Positions 8,099-13,188 of a stretch of DNA of 13,188 nt are shown in pieces (within the stretch, counting starts at the first letter, position 1; each line of letters starts with the position of its first letter). The stretch is from NCBI GenBank assembly GCA_030668825.1, contig DAOVET010000074.1, positions 1 through 13,188 of the forward strand, in the 5' to 3' direction. This DNA comes from Candidatus Heimdallarchaeota archaeon (GTDB taxonomy: Archaea; Asgardarchaeota; Heimdallarchaeia; Heimdallarchaeales; Heimdallarchaeaceae). The translations under genes were made by a program, and so were the position numbers. Below the pieces are notes generated by a model that did not search any database, had not been told where the DNA came from, and was given only the letters and a program-made list of their open reading frames with translations.

Positions 8099-9559
8099 AT
8101 GACAAATTCCACCGACATAATTCACTGGATTGATGCTAATCAACAAAGATTCATAGATATTTCTGATAAAATCTGGGAATATGCAGAAATTCGCTTTGAA
8201 GAAGTCAAATCTGCTAAGTTGCAAATCAAGGTTTTGGAAGAAGAAGGTTTTGAAGTTACTAAAGGTGTAGCAGATATGCCTACAGCTTTTGTTGCTTCTT
8301 ATGGAAAAGAAGAACCTATTATAGCTGTTTTAGGTGAATACGATGCATTATCAGGTTTAAGTCAAAAAGCAGGAGTATTTGAAAAAACTCCTGTAGAAGA
8401 AGGAGCAAGTGGTCATGGATGTGGGCATAATCTGCTAGGAGCAGGGAGTCTAGCAGCCGCGATTGCTGTAAAAAACTATCTTGAATCTCATAAAATTCCA
8501 GGTATTATTCAATATTATGGATGTCCTGGAGAGGAAGGTGGCTCAGGCAAAACATACATGGTTAGAGAAGGATTATTCGATGATGTAGATATTGCTTTGT
8601 GTTGGCATCCCTTTAGTACAAACTTCATATTCAACTTATCTAGTTTAGCCAATATTCAAGTATACTTTCGTTTCAAGGGGATAAGTGCTCATGCAGCAGC
8701 AGAACCTCATATGGGTCGATCAGCCCTGGATGCTGTTGAACTCATGAATATAGGTGCGAACTACCTACGAGAGCATATAATAACTCAGGCGAGGTTACAC
8801 TATGCGGTCACAAATACAGGGGGAAATGCGCCAAACGTAGTCCAAGCAGATGCCGAAGTATTGTATTTAATTCGTGCTCCAACTATTCTACAAACCAAAG
8901 AAATTTACGAAAGGGTGAAGAAAATAGCTAAAGGAGCAGTATTAATGACAGAAACTGAAGTTGAGGTCATCTTTGATAAAGCTGCATCTAATCTTATACC
9001 AAATGATGTTGTAGGTGACGTGCTATTTGAGAAATTCAAAGAAGTGGGAGCTCCTCAATTTACAGAAGAAGAAAAAGAATTCGGTAAGAAACTCCGTCAA
9101 ACCTTCAATGAAGGAGAACTTCCTGAACTAAACACATATGGAGCATTTAAAGAAGAACTGGGAGAAGATATGATTGAAAAGATCAAAACCAAAATTATCT
9201 TTGATGATATCCTCCCAAATACTTTCCCAGAGTTTACTCTTCCTGGTTCAACTGATGTTGGGGATGTAAGCTGGGTAGTACCAACTTCACAAATAGGAAC
9301 GTCATGTGTGATTTTAGGCACTCCTGGTCATTCTTGGCAAGAAGTAACTCAATGTACAACTAGCATAAGCCACAAAGGAATGATAGTAGCAGCAAAAGTG
9401 ATGGCTCTAACAGCATTGGAATTTATGGAAAATACTGAACTTATTGATGAGGCTAAAGCTGAATTGAAAAAGAGACTACGTTCAACAAAATATGAGTCTC
9501 CAATTGCATCAGAAATAAAACCAAATGTTCCTGAATGGGTTTTTGAAGCGATGAAATAG
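8099..9559 (+). CDS. M20 family amidohydrolase, p-aminobenzoyl-glutamate hydrolase subunit B (AbgB)-like
   Basis: GEYDAL, HGCGHN, GCPGEEGGSGK, WHP, HAAAEPH.GRSALDAVELMN, GSTDVGDVSW and PGHSWQ. Confidence 0.92.
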   Translation: MTNSTDIIHWIDANQQRFIDISDKIWEYAEIRFEEVKSAKLQIKVLEEEGFEVTKGVADMPTAFVASYGKEEPIIAVLGEYDALSGLSQKAGVFEKTPVEEGASGHGCGHNLLGAGSLAAAIAVKNYLESHKIPGIIQYYGCPGEEGGSGKTYMVREGLFDDVDIALCWHPFSTNFIFNLSSLANIQVYFRFKGISAHAAAEPHMGRSALDAVELMNIGANYLREHIITQARLHYAVTNTGGNAPNVVQADAEVLYLIRAPTILQTKEIYERVKKIAKGAVLMTETEVEVIFDKAASNLIPNDVVGDVLFEKFKEVGAPQFTEEEKEFGKKLRQTFNEGELPELNTYGAFKEELGEDMIEKIKTKIIFDDILPNTFPEFTLPGSTDVGDVSWVVPTSQIGTSCVILGTPGHSWQEVTQCTTSISHKGMIVAAKVMALTALEFMENTELIDEAKAELKKRLRSTKYESPIASEIKPNVPEWVFEAMK

Positions 9560-9620
9560 ATATAGAGAATTCAATAGAATAGTTAGTAATTAAATATAGC
9601 TAAATCTTGATACACGAATC

Positions 9621-9908
9621 TTAGTTGGATAGTTGTTTAATTACATCGAAAATTCTTATTTCTGGCAATCCTACTAAATCATAAACTTCCTTAATGCTTT
9701 TTGATAAATCGGAAGTTCGAAATTTATTCAGATTGTTCTCATTATCAAAGAACATAATACTTCCATATTGATTTATTCGTTCATCTTTCATGTAAACAAT
9801 CTGTGTTAAACCTGGTACATCCTTGTATTTACTTTCCCTAGACTCTGCTAATTTCATTACTTCATCAAATGACATATTACTTCTAAAATGAAGAGTAAGC
9901 ACTTTCAT
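9621..9908 (-). CDS. YdhR-like dimeric alpha-beta barrel protein (putative monooxygenase family)
   Basis: 95 aa; R...Y.DVPGL....Y..D.....YG....F...FDV pattern. Confidence 0.75.
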   Translation of the reverse strand: MKVLTLHFRSNMSFDEVMKLAESRESKYKDVPGLTQIVYMKDERINQYGSIMFFDNENNLNKFRTSDLSKSIKEVYDLVGLPEIRIFDVIKQLSN

Positions 9909-10011
9909 ACCTATACTTAGTTCGTTATTTCTTTTTAATGTAGTTATCCAACAAAAATGTAATTTTGTAATTCCAAAATGCTCTTAATTTGTGACTTAAT
10001 GAGTTCTCAAG

Positions 10012-10206
10012 ATGAATAAACAGACTCAATTACTTAAAACATGTTGTGGAGGAGATCTACCAGTAAAAGAAGTCACAACAATCTATAAAGGTAAAAAATT
10101 GTATTTCTGCGATACACCTTGTTTAGATCTTTTCATAAAGAATCCTGAAAGGTTTTTGGCTTCGACTCATTTTCGTCTTAATTTTGAAGAACTAGAAGAT
10201 GAGTAA
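10012..10206 (+). CDS. YHS/TRASH domain small metal-binding protein
   Basis: YKGKKLYFC...C...F.KNPERF with an N-terminal TCCG; 64 aa. Confidence 0.85.
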   Translation: MNKQTQLLKTCCGGDLPVKEVTTIYKGKKLYFCDTPCLDLFIKNPERFLASTHFRLNFEELEDE

Positions 10207-10297
10207 AAGGGTTTACTAACTGAAACAAGTTTATTAAAATGAATTTCAAAAACTACACAAAACAAATCTACTTTTCAATATAATAAGAAAAAAGAGA

Positions 10298-11587
10298 TTA
10301 TCCATAAATGGAAGTATCTGCGAATGTTTCAGGATAGTCTTCGTCTTCGAAATCTTCTGGTTTCTGACTTGGTGAAGGTTTCCGATCAGGTGAAGGTTTA
10401 GTCTTAGGATATTGACCATGTCTTTCACGATCTTGTTCTCTTTCTTGTTTGTACAAGTAATATCTTCTGATATCTTTCTTCATGAACATCTCAATACGTC
10501 TAATCATATTCCTTTCTTCGCCATCTATTAGAGAGATTGCGACACCTGCTCTTTCCATCCTTGAAGTTCTTCCTATTCTATGAATATAGTTTTCGGGATT
10601 TCCAATAGGTAAATCATAATTGAAGATATGAGAAACATGAGGTATGTCTAATCCTCTTGCTGCAACATCTGTCGCAATAAGACAACTGATTTTACCTTTT
10701 CTAAACTCTCGCATAGAAAATTCTCTTTGTCTTTGTGACATATCGCCCTGAAGCGAACCTATTCTCATATGGATTCTTTTATCATTACGCAGTCTCTGCT
10801 CCAGGTTTGCACCCCATCTTTTGGTATTAACAAAAACAATACTTGATTTTGGTTTTTCTCTTAATAGAATATTAATAAAGGAGTTGTATTTTTTCTTAGG
10901 ATCCGGTACTTCATAGTAATATTGCTTGCAAGAACCTACAGTTAGATCATCTCTACTAACATCAATCTCAACAATGTTCTCTTCTAAACTATAATCAAGC
11001 ATTATGTCCTTTACTTCTGGGAGCATAGTAGCTGAAAACAGAAGAAATCTAGGGTAGATGTCTTTCATAGCTTCAAATAAAATGTAATTAACATCAGGAA
11101 GGAAGCCCATATCTAACATGCGATCAGCCTCGTCAAGTACTACATATCTTACTTCTTTGAACGAAATTGCTTTTCTGTTGAATAAATCTATCAGTCTTCC
11201 AGGTGTAGCTACAACAATTTGAGCTCCTGAGCGTATATTTTCTATTTGTCTATTTATGGATACTCCTCCATAAACCTCAACAGCTTTTAATCTTCTATGT
11301 CTATTCAGTTTGGAAATTACTGTATAAACTTGTTTACATAATTCTCTAGTAGGAACTAGAATTACTGCTTGAATTTTTCTTAGAGTAGGATCTAGTTCTT
11401 CAGTAATTGGTATAGCAAAAGCTAATGTCTTTCCTGTACCTGTTTTTGCTTGTGACAAAATATGTGTTTTTTCTCCCTTTAATATCTCTGGAATAGCTTT
11501 TTCTTGAATATCTGTGGGTGTACGAATTCCCATTTCTTCTAAAGCTTGCTTTATTTGGTCATTAATCTTGTAATCTTTAAATTTCAT
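10298..11587 (-). CDS. DEAD-box ATP-dependent RNA helicase (DeaD/CshA-like); alternative start 11596
   Basis: Q motif (F...PTDIQ), AKTGTGKT, PTREL, GG, TPGR, DEAD, SAT, TDVAARGLD and YIHRIGRTSR. Confidence 0.96.
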   Translation of the reverse strand: MKFKDYKINDQIKQALEEMGIRTPTDIQEKAIPEILKGEKTHILSQAKTGTGKTLAFAIPITEELDPTLRKIQAVILVPTRELCKQVYTVISKLNRHRRLKAVEVYGGVSINRQIENIRSGAQIVVATPGRLIDLFNRKAISFKEVRYVVLDEADRMLDMGFLPDVNYILFEAMKDIYPRFLLFSATMLPEVKDIMLDYSLEENIVEIDVSRDDLTVGSCKQYYYEVPDPKKKYNSFINILLREKPKSSIVFVNTKRWGANLEQRLRNDKRIHMRIGSLQGDMSQRQREFSMREFRKGKISCLIATDVAARGLDIPHVSHIFNYDLPIGNPENYIHRIGRTSRMERAGVAISLIDGEERNMIRRIEMFMKKDIRRYYLYKQEREQDRERHGQYPKTKPSPDRKPSPSQKPEDFEDEDYPETFADTSIYG

Positions 11588-11896
11588 TAGTATCATTCGT
11601 GTATCTTTTTAATCAAACTAAGTATCATTGTGACGAATGTTTTCGCTTCAAATTTTTTCATAGTTTTAATTGTTAAACAAGATAGAAATTCTATTTTTCT
11701 TATCTTCCTCAACTCTAAGCTACTTAATTTTTCTAGCTTTAAAAGACTTTGTTATTGCAACTTTAAGAACTAAACCTTCTGAAACTGCATTTAACTGAAT
11801 GTATAGATATAGATTGCACATAGAAGTAACTATGCAGTATAGAAAAAGACAAACAGTGTCTCTAATTAACTAAGGATGGAGAATAATCCTTTAGAT

Positions 11897-12373
11897 TTAG
11901 GATGTCTCCCCAACTTTTATTGATTCAGGTAATTTGTTTTCTTCTGCAACTGCAAATATTTCTCGTATTATTGGTATCTGATCTGGTTTGTCTGTTACTC
12001 CAGCATTTTCTAGAGCTCGTATATGCTTCTTTGACATGAAGAAGTCCCTCAGTTTATACCATGATGTAGTAATTAAAACAGGAAAACGATTCGCACCTAA
12101 AGTACATTCATGGATTCTCTCTCTTAACTCGGATTTCTTCTCTTCTGAATACTTCTCACCACCAAGCTCTCCATCATCAATCATTAACTCGGTGGGTTCA
12201 ATAATCCCACACTTAAGACAGAATTTCCACCTGGCAGATCTAATATACAGTGCTTCAAAAGTTTCTGAATAAACTAACAGCCCTTCATTAAAGGGAGATA
12301 CCCATAATCCCATTGCATAGCGTCTTGCAATTGATCTTATAAATGATTTTTCAGCATTAGATATTTTTGGCAT
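11897..12373 (-). CDS. Hypothetical protein with CxxC...HxC putative zinc site (158 aa)
   Basis: Start re-placed at ATG 12373 (MPKISN...), preceded by SD-like GGGGTG at 12378-12383; the track's TTG 12544 lies in a T10 tract. Contains FCLKCG and IHECT. Confidence 0.75.
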   Translation of the reverse strand: MPKISNAEKSFIRSIARRYAMGLWVSPFNEGLLVYSETFEALYIRSARWKFCLKCGIIEPTELMIDDGELGGEKYSEEKKSELRERIHECTLGANRFPVLITTSWYKLRDFFMSKKHIRALENAGVTDKPDQIPIIREIFAVAEENKLPESIKVGETS

Positions 12374-12542
12374 ACTACACCCCTTGCCAATATGATTGAA
12401 TCCATACCGACATATTAAGGTATCTTTACAACCTCTGCAGAAATATCCGAATATATAATAGTGAATCTGAAAGCATTCTGCCTTAATGGGTCTATACAAG
12501 GCATAGGTTAGGTAAAAATAATTGATTCTTGTTTCAAGATTC

Positions 12543-12552
12543 AAAAAAAAAA
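12543..12552 (-). terminator. T10 oligo-T terminator downstream of small protein B
   Basis: A10 on the plus strand, 30 nt past the stop at 12583. Confidence 0.6.
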
Positions 12553-12582
12553 TGAATTAAGGACTAACATTCAACATGATAC

Positions 12583-12732
12583 TTAAAATGACTGAGATAC
12601 AGCAGATAAGGAGAGCAATCCAATTACTATTAAAACACATATGGAGATAGCATAAGCTAGAAACATACCAATGTAGGACCTTGCTTTTTCCATCCTAGCT
12701 TTTCTTTTTATCTGACTAATATTTGACATCAT
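12583..12732 (-). CDS. Small single-TM membrane protein B, 49 aa (not in the ORF track)
   Basis: MMSNISQIKRKARMEKARSYIGMFLAYAISICVLIVIGLLSLSAVSQSF*: basic N-terminus and a ~23-aa hydrophobic helix. SD GAGGTGA lies 7 nt upstream and a T10 tract downstream. Confidence 0.8.
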   Translation of the reverse strand: MMSNISQIKRKARMEKARSYIGMFLAYAISICVLIVIGLLSLSAVSQSF

Positions 12733-12739
12733 TTTTATT

Positions 12740-12746
12740 TCACCTC
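12740..12746 (-). promoter_or_regulatory. Shine-Dalgarno GAGGTGA for small protein B
   Basis: Complementary to the 16S rRNA 3' end (UCACCUC). Confidence 0.8.
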
Positions 12747-12751
12747 TTTAG

Positions 12752-12960
12752 TGATCAGTTTCTTTGTACTCCACCAGAAGAAGATGAGTACTTTCCTGAC
12801 CTTGATACAGGTATCAGGGGAGCAAGATGAAAACTTGCAGCACACGAACATTCATCTTAGCTCAGATCCTGATCCTTAGCAGACGAAGTGTCTGCGGTAG
12901 TGAGTGTTTCAGCAAGAAACAATCAGCGCGATAGAGATCAACCAGATGAAGGGTTGATCA
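12752..12960. ncRNA. Candidate structured RNA or cis-regulatory leader: six hairpins, four carrying a repeated motif; family not recognised
   Basis: Hand count gives 81/180 = 45% GC over 12781-12960, well above the other intergenic regions. Stems at 12766-12791, 12803-12816, 12822-12838, 12879-12895, 12901-12925 and 12936-12959; I found no convincing ORF. Confidence 0.6.
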
Positions 12961-12978
12961 TGATATTATTGTAAATGC

Positions 12979-13000
12979 AAGAAGAATAAGAAGAAGAAAA
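12979..13000 (-). terminator. Pyrimidine tract downstream of small protein A
   Basis: Minus strand TTTTCTTCTTCTTATTCTTCTT, similar to the tract at 3250-3273 (shared TTCTTCTTATT). Confidence 0.45.
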
Positions 13001-13024
13001 GTAGTTAAATCACTTCTCTAAATC

Positions 13025-13174
13025 TTATAGATATCTTACTACTACTAGAGCTCCTCCAAAAACTACACCAAGAGCATATAGAAATACTGGTAGAGCGAAT
13101 CGGAGCATTCTCCAAAGATATATACATGGAGTCTGAACTTTAAGTTTATAGAACCACTGTGGTCTGTTTATCAT
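13025..13174 (-). CDS. Small tail-anchored membrane protein A, 49 aa (not in the ORF track)
   Basis: MINRPQWFYKLKVQTPCIYLWRMLRFALPVFLYALGVVFGGALVVVRYL*: basic/aromatic N-terminus and a C-terminal hydrophobic helix. Perfect SD GGAGGTGA lies 6 nt upstream. Confidence 0.8.
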   Translation of the reverse strand: MINRPQWFYKLKVQTPCIYLWRMLRFALPVFLYALGVVFGGALVVVRYL

Positions 13175-13180
13175 TCTTTT

Positions 13181-13188
13181 TCACCTCC
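13181..13188 (-). promoter_or_regulatory. Shine-Dalgarno GGAGGTGA for small protein A
   Basis: Perfect 8-nt complement of the 16S anti-SD, at the window edge. Confidence 0.8.

Noticed and set aside
10371-10399. 11-bp direct repeat GGTGAAGGTTT in the helicase 3' end
   Set aside because: It simply encodes KPSP twice in a low-complexity tail, which is common in DEAD-box helicases.
11597-11896. 300-nt gap upstream of the helicase as a cold-shock leader or hidden gene
   Set aside because: AT-rich, with only a weak CATAG/CTATG stem and no convincing ORF or homology to proteins in the window.
12786-12826. Resemblance to RNase P RNA (CAGGAAAGTAC vs GAGGAAAGTCC, minus strand) or SRP RNA helix 8 (CAGG...AGCAAG, plus strand)
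   Set aside because: The other RNase P conserved regions are absent and the small-protein RBS follows within about 50 nt; the SRP-like stretch lacks the stem with a GNRA tetraloop.
12901-12930. Possible hammerhead ribozyme core (CTGA...GAAAC, minus strand)
   Set aside because: Reads CUGAUUG instead of CUGANGA, and the three-stem junction cannot be built.
12784-12934. Short plus-strand ORFs (31 aa from 12784; 35 aa from 12827) inside the structured element
   Set aside because: No recognisable protein features or strong SD; the inverted repeats explain the region better.
12766-12960. CRISPR mini-array interpretation of the repeated motif
   Set aside because: The shared unit is only 8-11 nt, spacing is irregular (49, 56, 63 nt) and there are no cas genes in the window.
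12583-13174. Small proteins as SecE, Sec61-beta or class III signal peptide pilins
   Set aside because: No ARKP..EEF-type SecE motif, no Sec61-beta pattern and no clear prepilin cleavage site.

Overview
AT-rich window that looks archaeal: GGAGGTGA Shine-Dalgarno sites, oligo-T terminators, a TPR+longin-like protein and a PGF-CTERM-like tail suggest Asgard/Heimdallarchaeia, which is inference only. It carries mostly unlinked metabolic and housekeeping genes: the 3' part of a GH36 alpha-galactosidase, an HxlR regulator, two class I SAM methyltransferases, a membrane-anchored DOMON/CBM9-like protein, a Thr/Cys amino-acid racemase, a helical hypothetical, a 647-aa TPR protein with a longin-like C-terminus, an M20 (AbgB-like) amidohydrolase, YdhR-like and YHS proteins, a DEAD-box helicase and a CxxC/HxC hypothetical. 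The ORF track missed three things: (1) an internally deleted, frameshifted relic of a paralog of the TPR-longin gene at 2130-2413; (2) an orphan CTERM sorting-signal fragment at 3094-3225; (3) most interesting, two 49-aa single-TM genes with strong SD sites (12583-12732 and 13025-13174, minus strand) flanking a ~210-nt GC-enriched, hairpin-dense noncoding element. Four of its hairpins repeat a YUUCDUCU motif that can pair with those SD sites, making it a candidate undescribed structured RNA/small membrane protein module.
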